A stretch of DNA of 64,000 nucleotides from Eledone cirrhosa (taxonomy: Eukaryota): the NCBI GenBank assembly GCA_964016885.1, contig CAXHJY010000862.1:1-64000 (forward strand), read 5' to 3'. Position numbers and translations under genes: made by a program. The first letter of the stretch is position 1, and every line of letters starts with the position of its first letter. The notes below the pieces were generated by a model. The model was not told the origin of the DNA. It did no database searches and was given only the letters and a program-made list of their open reading frames with translations. This document shows, in pieces, positions 26,670 through 36,995 of this stretch.

Positions 26670-27525
26670 ATCATCATCATCATCATTTTACGTCCGCTTT
26701 CCCCTGCTTGCAAGGGTTGGGCGGGTCTTATTCAGCACATCATCTCTCCACTTGTCACGGTCCTTCGTCATCTCCTCGGTGAGTTTCAGCGATCTGAGGT
26801 CTGCTCTCACCACCTCCACCCACGTTTTTCGTGGTCTACCTCTACTGAGTCTTCCCTCCACTGGGACTTCCTGGCACTTCTTTACCCAGCGGTCATCCTC
26901 CATGCGCATCACATGTTCATACCATCTCAGTCTTCTCTCCTGCACACCACAACTTATCCCTCTTATACCCAGTTTCTTTCTCAACTCGTCTATGCTTAGT
27001 CATTCACGCACATTGACATTGCACATCCAATGGCGCATACTTGCTTCATTTCTCTCCAGCCATCGCATATCTTCTGCAGTTGCTGCCCATGTCTCACTAC
27101 CATGCAGCATCGCGCATCTCACACAGACATCATATAACTGTCCTTTCGTATGCAGGGAGAAACCTTTCTTTGTCAACAGAGGCAGCAGCTCCCTAAACTT
27201 CTTCCAACCCGTCCTTATTCTAGATACTATGGCTTCGGAACACCCCCACCCCCCTCCCATTCTAATCTGTTCATCTAGGTACCAGAAGCTATCAACCACT
27301 TCTATAGAACCCACCTGCATTGGAAAAATGAGTATCACAGCAATTACTACTGCCAACTTTCCCTCTACATCTACTGCATACGTAGTTTTCCCTACCAGTT
27401 AGTTTGCCTGCTATCCCACTACATCTCTTGTGTACCCAAGATCTGCATTGCATACATTTTATGGAATGTATGCCAGTTCCTTTCCTACATATCGAACATG
27501 GCCGTTTCCGTGATGGAATCAGAGT
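26670..27525 (-). mobile_element. RTE-clade LINE 3' fragment (frameshifted) with PHD-like zinc finger
   Basis: CSICRKG...CMQCRSWVHKRCSG...CSRC; IEVVDSFWYL; RIRTGWKKFREL; LHGSETWA; RRLRWYEHVMR; RGRPRKTW; (GAT)n tail. Confidence 0.88.
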
Positions 27526-28143
27526 ATTGTCCTTTTTTGGCTTTAGGTTGCAGATAACTAGATGGTGAGCAATTGACAACTTAGCCCCTCTCTTAATACG
27601 AAGTTGTAGCTGCAGTGTAGCAGCTACCAATCGATATATATATATAATATTATATTTATATATATATATATAATATTTATATATATATCATCATCATTTT
27701 ACGTCCGTTCTTCCACGCAGCATGGTTAGACGGATTGTCCTGTTGTGAGCAGTGTCCAGTCGGCTGACTTTGTCTTGCTCATACAGGAACTGATTTTTGC
27801 TTGATTCCTACAGCTGGATGCCCTTCCTAACACCAACCTCATTTACAGTGAGAGGTGGGTGCTTTTTTCCGTGGCACCTACACGTCCACTTTACAGTGTG
27901 GGCTGGGTGCTTTTTTTGCCGTGGCACCTCCACAACCACTTTGCAGTGTGTGTGTGTGTGGCGGGGGGGAATATTATCTATATGCTTCAGCTTCGGTTTG
28001 TTCCTGTGGGGGGGGGTCGGGTCTTCTGTATTACTGCGTGACGCCAGAGGTCACGGTCGTGTGTCATTCCCCTTGAGAGGTGCATTTGGAGAAGGTCGGC
28101 CTTTATCACCTCATATATATATATATTATATTTATATATATTA

Positions 28144-28179
<36 letters not shown>

Positions 28180-28181
<2 letters not shown>

Positions 28182-28297
28182 TAATAATAATAAATTTGAA
28201 GACTAAAATCCAAAGAGGGCTCGATAAGTTTCAGAAGATCCCGTTAAGAGTGAAAGCAGCGATTCTTTGCTTAAACTTTAATCTGTTATTTTAATAA

Positions 28298-28300
<3 letters not shown>
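28180..28300 (+). mobile_element. Solo PLE family-2 end with hammerhead-like fold (variant core CAGAAGA)
   Basis: AAGTTT-CAGAAGA-tcccgttaagagt-GAAA-GCA..TGC-TT-AAACTT (28226-28278); matches 35200-35274 and 40066-40190. Confidence 0.6.
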
Positions 28301-28335
<35 letters not shown>

Positions 28336-28344
28336 TTATATATA

Positions 28345-28387
<43 letters not shown>

Positions 28388-28467
28388 TTATATATATATT
28401 TATATATATATTTATATATATAGTGACGAAACATAAGTCAATTGCATGAACTCATAATCCTTTATTT

Positions 28468-28523
28468 ACTGCTATATATATTTCGATGATAGCCATTGAA
28501 TGGCTATGACCTCATCAGGCAGT
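28468..28523 (-). ncRNA. Minimal type-I hammerhead ribozyme (family of 39968)
   Basis: ACTGC-CTGATGA-GGTcATAGCCA ttcaa TGGCTATcATC-GAAA-TATATA-TA-GCAGT; all stems pair. Confidence 0.88.
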
Positions 28524-28535
28524 TAGTCAGTTCTT

Positions 28536-28569
<34 letters not shown>

Positions 28570-29430
28570 ATATATATATATTTATAATATTTATAATATA
28601 TATATATATTTATAATATTTATAATATATATATTTATAATATTTATAATATATATATTTATAATATTTATAATATATATATATATTTATAATATTTATAA
28701 TATATATATATATTTATATATATATATCATCATCATCATCATCATCATCATCATCGTTTAACGTCCGTGTTCCATGCTTGCATGGGTTTGGACGGGAGTT
28801 TTCCCACTTGAGGCAAGAGTGGTTGTCTTGCTCGCATAGGACTGTCTGGCGGGTTTTCTACAGTTGGATGCCCTTCCTAACACCAACCACATTTACAGTG
28901 TGGGGCTGGGAGGTTTTTACCATGTTGCCTACACGGCCACATTACAGCGTGGACTGTCTGGCAGGTTTTCTACAGCTGGATGCCCTTCCTAACACCAACC
29001 ACATTTACAGTGTGGGACTGGGACGTTTTTACCGTGTTGCCTACACGGTCACATTACAGCGTGGACTGTGTTTTTTTTTCGTGACACCTACACGATCTCA
29101 TTTGTTTCGGCCTGGATTTTGTGGCACCAACATAACTTTACATTGAAAGGGGTGGTGTGGATGGGGTGGGGGTGGTGGGACGGGGGTGTATTTTGTTAGA
29201 GATGCCTACTGACTGTAGTAGGTTTTACTTTATATTTAGGTAACGCGGGTCTTCTCTGTTACTGAGTACCGCCAAAGGTCTCGGTCCAGTGACATTGTCT
29301 TGGAGAGGTGTAAGTGTGTGAGGTCGGAATTTATCAGCTCGTCCCAGGTTTTTCTGGGTCTGCCTACTCCGTGGCTACCATCTATCTTTATTGCCCTGCA
29401 CTTTGTTATACAGCTGTCGTCTTATATATA

Positions 29431-29461
<31 letters not shown>

Positions 29462-29542
29462 ATATTTATAATATATATATATATATATAATATTTATAAT
29501 ATATATATATAATATTTATAATATATATATATATATTTATAA

Positions 29543-29604
<62 letters not shown>

Positions 29605-29907
29605 ACCATACATACATACATACAAAAGATATTCTCTTGAAAAACTAATATTTTCACAAAACTAATCAATGTTTCTTTTCCCTATATTTCATTTTAGATT
29701 TGGTAAGAAATTGGTAAACTGATCTGGAAACCTTGAAATCTTGAAAATTGGAATCGCAGCTCATTAGTTACCAACATACACGTCACTCATTACACACCAA
29801 AACACACACACACACATACATATATTGTAGTGGACCTGAGCACTGTAGACAATAATTTTCATTATATTATATGATATATAAGCAGTTGTAGTAACTAGAT
29901 ATAAACA

Positions 29908-32900
29908 ATGGAGGATACCAAGATAAGTATAGTAGAAATAGAAACAGTACATGGAGGGGATGAAAAGTTACTTCCAGTGACTGAAATTGAAGTTAGTAGT
30001 ATTGAATCTACGATAGTGAAAATGTGTCAATGTTCAGTTAATATTCCTAGCAAGGGAGTGGAAATTTTTAGTAATGTAGAATTAGAAAAAGAAATTGATC
30101 TACAAAAGCAGAATATACATGTTCCTACTTTACAAAATGGAAACCCTAAAATAGATAATAATGTAGACCTTGTAGATGATATCTCTTTGCCGGTAACATT
30201 TATTATTCCTATAAACAATGGTACCATGTCCTATATCCCTCGAATATTGACATTAAAATATACACCACCAACTGGTCCTTGTTGTATGGTACACTGTTCA
30301 TCAGTGGTCACTGATATTGATAGGTTTAAGCAAAATACGGTAATTGCCACATTACCATTTCGAAACCAAATTTTATTTTTCTCGCCCTCTAGTGTTGAAA
30401 TAAAAACTCTTGAATATGGTTTTCATAAAATTTCATATTTTAAGGGTAGTAATTTCATAGGTTTTAAACTATTAGAAAAAACAATCTATATGGTAAATTG
30501 GGTTGATAATACATATATTAAGCAATTTGAGGTGAAACATAATCCTAGAGATATAGCTATAGGACCAGAAGATCGTGTTTTAGTAATATTTTATAATTTT
30601 ACTTTTATCATTTGTTATGATCTGAATGGTCATAAATTATTTCAATTTCACCTCCATTCTATAGACATTCCTGCTGGCATCACTGTGTTCCGGAATTATT
30701 TTTATGTCTTTCAAGGACATGTTATTTATAAGGTCTCCTCAATAGGTGGTGTGTCTCAAAAAGATATTGGGATAAATGTTCGATATGCTTTGTTTGACAG
30801 AAATACCATGTTAGTATCTGACGTTTCTGGTCAGATACATAGTTTTAAGACAAAAAAATTTTGGCCAAAGATGTCTTATCTTCAAAAGATCCAAACACCC
30901 TGTCTGAATGATCAAATTTATATAGAATATCTCAACAACATAGATAAGATTCTGCCTATGTCACAATCTTCTGTATTAGTTGTATATAGGGATCTAAACC
31001 CATTATATACTTACAGTGGGACATTATACACTTACAGAGGGACAGAATTTTGTAAAGGTGAGGAATTAACATTTAATTCCCAACCATCTAGATTTTGCAG
31101 AATAGACTCCAGCAAATTTCTGGTTCTATTCAATAAAACTAAAAATATACAATATATTACATGTCCTGAACTAAAAAAAGGTAAACTCTATTCTTTAAAA
31201 AAGAATTACATTCAAATATGTCATGTAGTATTAGATAGGTTTATGGCTTTGACCACTTGTGGAATGAATGAGGTCCATAAATTAAAGATTGAGGAAGACA
31301 AGGTAGAATGTGAAAAACTAAAATCATTAGAACATGGTGATGTCAGTATAGCTACAACTACAATTTATTTTGTTATTTTAGATAAGAAGTATCGTAAATT
31401 AATATTTCATTCTAGTTTCGGTGAAGAAGAACTTTTCGAAACATATTTTGATTTTAACAGCCGTCCCTATCATATCTACTCAGACAGTTTTTACTTGTAT
31501 GTTATCTTCCCTACACTCTCTATTATGGCATGTTATGATATTTATGGAGAATATAAATGGAAATTAAAACTTCCGGTAGCTTCTCGCTTTCGTAATGGTA
31601 TTTGTGAAGGAACTATATATTTATTTGACCATAAACTAGGGAGTATTCTTGTTTATAACTGTGAATCATCCATTTGTCATTTAAAAAAGTTAAATCCTTA
31701 TATCAGAAATCCAACGATACGACACAAAGAAAAGGATGATAATAAAATTGCGATTGCTGAAATATGTTATCTACCCAACGGACAGTTGGTGGTGTCTGAC
31801 ATAAATAATTCTTGCTTATTATACATTTCTAAGAAAGAAGGAGAAGAAATAAAAGTGTTATCTACATTATATCTGCCATCTGTAGCTACAGATATATGTA
31901 GATGGGGTTCTAGTCAATTGGCTGTCACATTACCCCTAGAGAAAGAATTAAGGCTTATTGGAAACCTATCAAAAACAGTTAGAATTATATCATTAAACCA
32001 CCCTTATGTACAGATACGGAAGTTTGGTGAAGGTAGAATTGTTGGTTATTGTGACAACAAACCAAACTATATAGACATTGTATCTGTTCAAAAACATAAC
32101 CTGGGTGAAGTAATTTCTAGGGTCCCTATCCCATGTCAAATAAAGTCATTAGCAATAGACAATGATACATTAAATATATTTATGGTGGCTAAGAAAAAAA
32201 TATTTATGTACAAAACTATATCAATAAAGGGTCAACGAGGTACTTTAAGTGATCCCAGCCCTATTTCGGAGCCTAACTTTAAACCACTTTCTGATCTATA
32301 TGGTGGATGTATTGATAAAACTTGTCATTATCTGATAGACAAAGATGGTGTGTTGGCTATAAATAATCATAACTCTGTGATGGTATATCTGGTGACAAAG
32401 AAACAGTCTAACATGTTTATTGACATGGTAGATGTATTTTCTAGAAACATCTGTGTCAGTGAAATGTTTTCTTCTACATTACATCTGCAGGATCTGACAG
32501 TTTCTGATAAAGCTAAGATATTTTCACCGCCTTGTTTGGAAGACACAAAACCAGTGGGTGGTGGTTATTATAGTGAGGAGAAGTGTTTGGTTGTTATTAC
32601 TGAAAATAATCTGATTGCATTATATGACGGGAATAATAACAACATCAAAATATTAACATTTGATGGTCAACTTGTTGACTTTATCAAATTAAATGACAAT
32701 CTCCCTAAACATATATGTCGTTGGGGGTCAAACACACTGGTCATTACCACTGATACAGACAAGCTGTTAACTTTAGAAGTGGATTTTCCATTGTATTTGG
32801 TAACTTATAAGACAGACCATAGCTATTATGGTATAGCTTCTTTGTTAGACAATCAACTAGTGTGTAGTTGTGTAGAGAGACAGAGAGGTAGATATAGAGA

Positions 32901-34974
32901 TATATATAGATATAGAGGTAGACATAGATTGTTTGTCATTGATATTGATGAAATACATTCCACCGTGGATGTAAAGAAAGAAATAAATATACCTAAGTTC
33001 ATCAAAAACGTACATATGTATGATGATAATCTCACCTCTGATATTGTAGTTAATGTTAAGAATGAGATTATATTTTACAATGGTAGATATATCACTTTCT
33101 TCAGCTGTAAAACTGATTATTTACATTCACACAGACAATATTATGATGACATACCACCAAACACCTGTATAACAACAAATGACAATTATTTGTACATTTA
33201 TGGACAGTGGGGATTATATAACGACTTTAGTGACAATAATAAACAGATTGTTTGTTTGTCACAGACTGGTAAATACAGGGATGTATTTTTAAATAAAACC
33301 CCTTATAGGGGTGACATATGTTTCACCAGTATTAACACTAAAGGTCCAAGGTTCATTGGATATGACTGGAATACAAAGTGTTTATATGTTGAAGGTTTAT
33401 ATGAACTTAATAGGGAAATGTTCCCTGTTTGTCGTGTAAAAACAGACCAAAGCTCTGTTAAAATAAAAGATATGGACATCTCTGATGATGGACAAACAGT
33501 TGTGTGTGAAATAACCAATTATGGTAATGTTAAAATATCTCAGAGAGATGGGGAACTGTTATGTCACAGAAATATTGAAACTTTAGTTGGTGGCGTCTGT
33601 TTTACAGAAGAAGGAGGATTTATTATGGTTACACTTCCTAATGAATATCAAATAATTCAACTAAAGAAGGAAGATTTGACAGAATATGAAGTTTGGTCCA
33701 GTTCTCTACCTTATGGTGTTATATCGAGGATAAAAGAAAATATTTACTTCTGTCAACATATCAACTTGACAGAATATCATATCATACAGGTTGATGGCAA
33801 CAAATTGAATGTTCTGAAACATGAGACATTAAATGTGAATTCTCATCTGCTGCTCCCTGCCATTATAACTGATAATCAAGCAAGATATATTACTCCATCA
33901 GGTGAAATGATTAACACTTTACTGGTGAGACGTGGTAATTACAAGGCAAAGTGTATGTTAGGAAATGATGAAATATCAGTGAGGTTTCTGCCCCATAGAA
34001 TAACATTGTTTCCTCTTTCCTATCCTACATATCCTGATATATCTAAATATACTGAGAGATGTAAAGTTGATGAGACTGAATATTCTGAGGAATATAGGAG
34101 GGACATCATCTACTACAGTAAACTAATTATGTTACATGACAATGTAGCAGTGTTCCTGTTGAGAAATATTCTCACAGTAACAACAACAGAAGGTGAAATA
34201 ATCCATGGGAAAATATTACCAGAAACACCAATAGACATTTGCAGATGGTCAGATAACTATTTTATTCTCCTTTACTGTCATAAACTTGTGATTTACAGAA
34301 AAAATATTTCTTACATTAAAACTATCCAACTTAAAAAGTACTACAACATGATTTGTAAAAAGAATGACAACAAACTTGTGTGTAGTTATAGTGGTGTTAG
34401 AAATATGTTTGAATATAACTGTGAGTTATATGGTGATGGTGATGATAGTGATATTTTTAAATATAACCCTGGAGTACCTTGTGTAGATATAGTTTATATG
34501 TATAGTGGAAGAGTGAAATACAGTGTTGAAGTGTGTTTTAGAGACAATGAGATGGAGAAGATGGAGATGGAGGCAGTCTCAGCAATTGGTGTCACATCAA
34601 ATGAATACATTGTTGTTGTCACATTAGAGGCAATAATGGGGAGATGGTACCGTTATATCAATTGGTACAGAAAACAACAGTTGGTCAGGAGATTAGAAAT
34701 ACCACCACCAATATATGATATATATAACATATCTTATCTCACAACACATGGTGAAAATATTTATATATCAACAACAAGAAGGAAAATATCATCAGGAGAT
34801 GACACTAACAATATTTACCAAGTATCTGTAGACAGTAACTTACAATTAATCCTCAGTGATAAAGATATTGAAGTCTACCGTGTTAATGGTCTCCTACTTT
34901 CTGAAAAAAATATCAAAATTTTTGGACATATTGCAACAAATCAACATTTTGGTTTTATTCATTATGAGAGATAA
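29908..34974 (+). CDS. Uncharacterised 1688-aa protein with tandem NHL/TolB-like beta-propeller modules, single coding exon
   Basis: 5067-nt open frame free of simple repeats; Kozak ACAATGG; recurring blades (PRDIAIGPEDRVLV, ICYLPNGQLVVSD, DICRWGSSQLAVTLP, HICRWGSNTLVIT, DMDISDDGQTVVCE, DICRWSDNYFILL). Candidate acceptor at 29697 and upstream donor at 24630/24631 suggest a 5' UTR intron. Confidence 0.85.
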   Translation: MEDTKISIVEIETVHGGDEKLLPVTEIEVSSIESTIVKMCQCSVNIPSKGVEIFSNVELEKEIDLQKQNIHVPTLQNGNPKIDNNVDLVDDISLPVTFIIPINNGTMSYIPRILTLKYTPPTGPCCMVHCSSVVTDIDRFKQNTVIATLPFRNQILFFSPSSVEIKTLEYGFHKISYFKGSNFIGFKLLEKTIYMVNWVDNTYIKQFEVKHNPRDIAIGPEDRVLVIFYNFTFIICYDLNGHKLFQFHLHSIDIPAGITVFRNYFYVFQGHVIYKVSSIGGVSQKDIGINVRYALFDRNTMLVSDVSGQIHSFKTKKFWPKMSYLQKIQTPCLNDQIYIEYLNNIDKILPMSQSSVLVVYRDLNPLYTYSGTLYTYRGTEFCKGEELTFNSQPSRFCRIDSSKFLVLFNKTKNIQYITCPELKKGKLYSLKKNYIQICHVVLDRFMALTTCGMNEVHKLKIEEDKVECEKLKSLEHGDVSIATTTIYFVILDKKYRKLIFHSSFGEEELFETYFDFNSRPYHIYSDSFYLYVIFPTLSIMACYDIYGEYKWKLKLPVASRFRNGICEGTIYLFDHKLGSILVYNCESSICHLKKLNPYIRNPTIRHKEKDDNKIAIAEICYLPNGQLVVSDINNSCLLYISKKEGEEIKVLSTLYLPSVATDICRWGSSQLAVTLPLEKELRLIGNLSKTVRIISLNHPYVQIRKFGEGRIVGYCDNKPNYIDIVSVQKHNLGEVISRVPIPCQIKSLAIDNDTLNIFMVAKKKIFMYKTISIKGQRGTLSDPSPISEPNFKPLSDLYGGCIDKTCHYLIDKDGVLAINNHNSVMVYLVTKKQSNMFIDMVDVFSRNICVSEMFSSTLHLQDLTVSDKAKIFSPPCLEDTKPVGGGYYSEEKCLVVITENNLIALYDGNNNNIKILTFDGQLVDFIKLNDNLPKHICRWGSNTLVITTDTDKLLTLEVDFPLYLVTYKTDHSYYGIASLLDNQLVCSCVERQRGRYRDIYRYRGRHRLFVIDIDEIHSTVDVKKEINIPKFIKNVHMYDDNLTSDIVVNVKNEIIFYNGRYITFFSCKTDYLHSHRQYYDDIPPNTCITTNDNYLYIYGQWGLYNDFSDNNKQIVCLSQTGKYRDVFLNKTPYRGDICFTSINTKGPRFIGYDWNTKCLYVEGLYELNREMFPVCRVKTDQSSVKIKDMDISDDGQTVVCEITNYGNVKISQRDGELLCHRNIETLVGGVCFTEEGGFIMVTLPNEYQIIQLKKEDLTEYEVWSSSLPYGVISRIKENIYFCQHINLTEYHIIQVDGNKLNVLKHETLNVNSHLLLPAIITDNQARYITPSGEMINTLLVRRGNYKAKCMLGNDEISVRFLPHRITLFPLSYPTYPDISKYTERCKVDETEYSEEYRRDIIYYSKLIMLHDNVAVFLLRNILTVTTTEGEIIHGKILPETPIDICRWSDNYFILLYCHKLVIYRKNISYIKTIQLKKYYNMICKKNDNKLVCSYSGVRNMFEYNCELYGDGDDSDIFKYNPGVPCVDIVYMYSGRVKYSVEVCFRDNEMEKMEMEAVSAIGVTSNEYIVVVTLEAIMGRWYRYINWYRKQQLVRRLEIPPPIYDIYNISYLTTHGENIYISTTRRKISSGDDTNNIYQVSVDSNLQLILSDKDIEVYRVNGLLLSEKNIKIFGHIATNQHFGFIHYER

Positions 34975-35199
34975 ATATTTTCAGAATTATTACAATTTTT
35001 GTTGTTGTTATTGTTGTTGTTACTGTTGCTGTTATTATTGTTGCTGTTATTACTGTTATTGTATGACTATATGTGTGACTATGTGTCTATGTGTGTATAT
35101 GTGACTATATGTGTGTGTATATGTATGACTATATGTGTATATGTGTGTATATATATGTGTGTATATATATGTGTATATATATGTATATATATATGTGTA

Positions 35200-36995
35200 T
35201 ATTTATTAAAATAACAGATTAAAGTTTAAGCAAAGAATCGCTGCTTTCACCCTTAACGGGATCTTCTGAAACTAACAAAGTCAATCTGTAAACGCAGAAC
35301 TGGATATTTCAAAAAACGTTGCAACCGGAGGAAGACAGGAAGACGATACTTTGGTTCGTGGTAACGTTCGCTGGCAAAGAACGGGAAAAAACGAATAATA
35401 CGTCGTTAATAGGAGCGGTGAAAAACAATTACGCGCAAAGACAGAACCACGTTTATGGTATAAAAGAGGTCGTAGACTAATGTTCTCTTAGGTGGTGCAT
35501 AGAGACGTTCTCTGGCAATGAACGAAAAAACGAAGATAATAAGTCATATGTGGAGCGTGGAGAACAATAGCACGCAAAGACAAAACCACGTAAATGGTAT
35601 AGCAGAAGTCGTAGACTAAAATTAATCTCCGCTACAGAGTTAAGAACAAAGTAAATAAATACAATACAGAAGTAATAGAAACAAATAAATACATACATGC
35701 AAACAGATACGTACATACACAAGCATACGCAAAACCTTACCATAGGTATACAAAATCACGCACATATAAATATGTGTGTGTGTGTGTATGCTTGTGTACA
35801 AATAAATAAGTAAAAAATTATATCAACGTATATAAGTAAATAAATACGTATATAACAAGCGCACACGCATACCTACATATAAATACACGAATGTTCGGAG
35901 ACGTAAGTCAACTAAAACAAGAAGTACACATATACACACACCCACCATACGTACGAACCTGCATACTCACGCAGACGCAAAACTCCCGTATACACATAGC
36001 CAAACCCTAAATACCAGACTATGTAAAAATTATACGCCATAACAGTCAAATATACGTACGAGAAAGTATACATACCTTCACAAAACATACGGGTAATATA
36101 TACTTACCTATGCAAATAAGTAAAGGAATAAACAAAACATATACTTAGCTCCCACATCAAGACGTAAAATATCCACGTATAGGTCGTGCTATCCGTTAGG
36201 GTATAACGTGGGGCTGTAATACAGGAAAGTTTTGTGCAATTTATGTTTACAAGCCGAAATTGCCTCAGATTTTTTGTTTAAGATGTGGTCTGTGGCGTAG
36301 AGTATTTCCAGGGCCTCAGCGGCGCAGAGGTCACATGGTCTTTTATTTCCGTTATACGATCTAGCCCTAGCTAGGATCTCCCAGTGTAACTTATATTGGG
36401 TGTGGTTATCTTTTAGACTCCAGATATAAGCTGAAAGTGACGTCATATTCCTTCTTAGAGGGTAGCGAAAAGAATGGATATGCATGTAAAGACGCTGCTT
36501 GAAACTATTGGCGGCTAACCCTATGTAGGCCCTATGGGACGTGGGTGTTACAACCTTACATTTGTAGACAATGTTACTAGAGAGGCATTTCCCGGATAGG
36601 GGGCAATCAGCCCGATTCTTACAATTACAGTTAGTACTAACTACAGGGTTGCACGTGTTCCTACGGCTAGGTAGTTTAGCTAAATTTGAAGCTGTGATGT
36701 TATGTGCAAGGTTAGGAGTCGTAGAGTAAGAAATTTTAATAGTATTGCTATTAAAAATTTTACTATATTTATGTGTAGGGGGGAAATGCTTCGTAATAAG
36801 GGAAAGAAAGATCTTAGCTAATGGTGTGGCCACCTCCATATTATATGGTGGGTTAAACCAACAAATGCGACGAGATCTATTTCTCAACGAAACGTTTCTT
36901 ACCAGGTTCTTGGTTATGCTGGCAGGATGGTTGGAATGCTTACTTATGTAATTAAGCGTATCATTCGGCTTTCTATACGGGTAATACAACCCTTT
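35200..36995 (-). mobile_element. 5'-truncated PLE, family 2 (RT thumb + GIY-YIG, 3' UTR, pseudo-LTR)
   Basis: ORF 36189-~36995: YYPYRK, HSNHP, WFNPPY, CNCKNRADCPLSGKCL, IVYKC..YIGLA..FKQRLYMH, CDLCAAE, CKH; ends in the CAGAAGA-type fold and TA/TG repeat. Confidence 0.85.
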
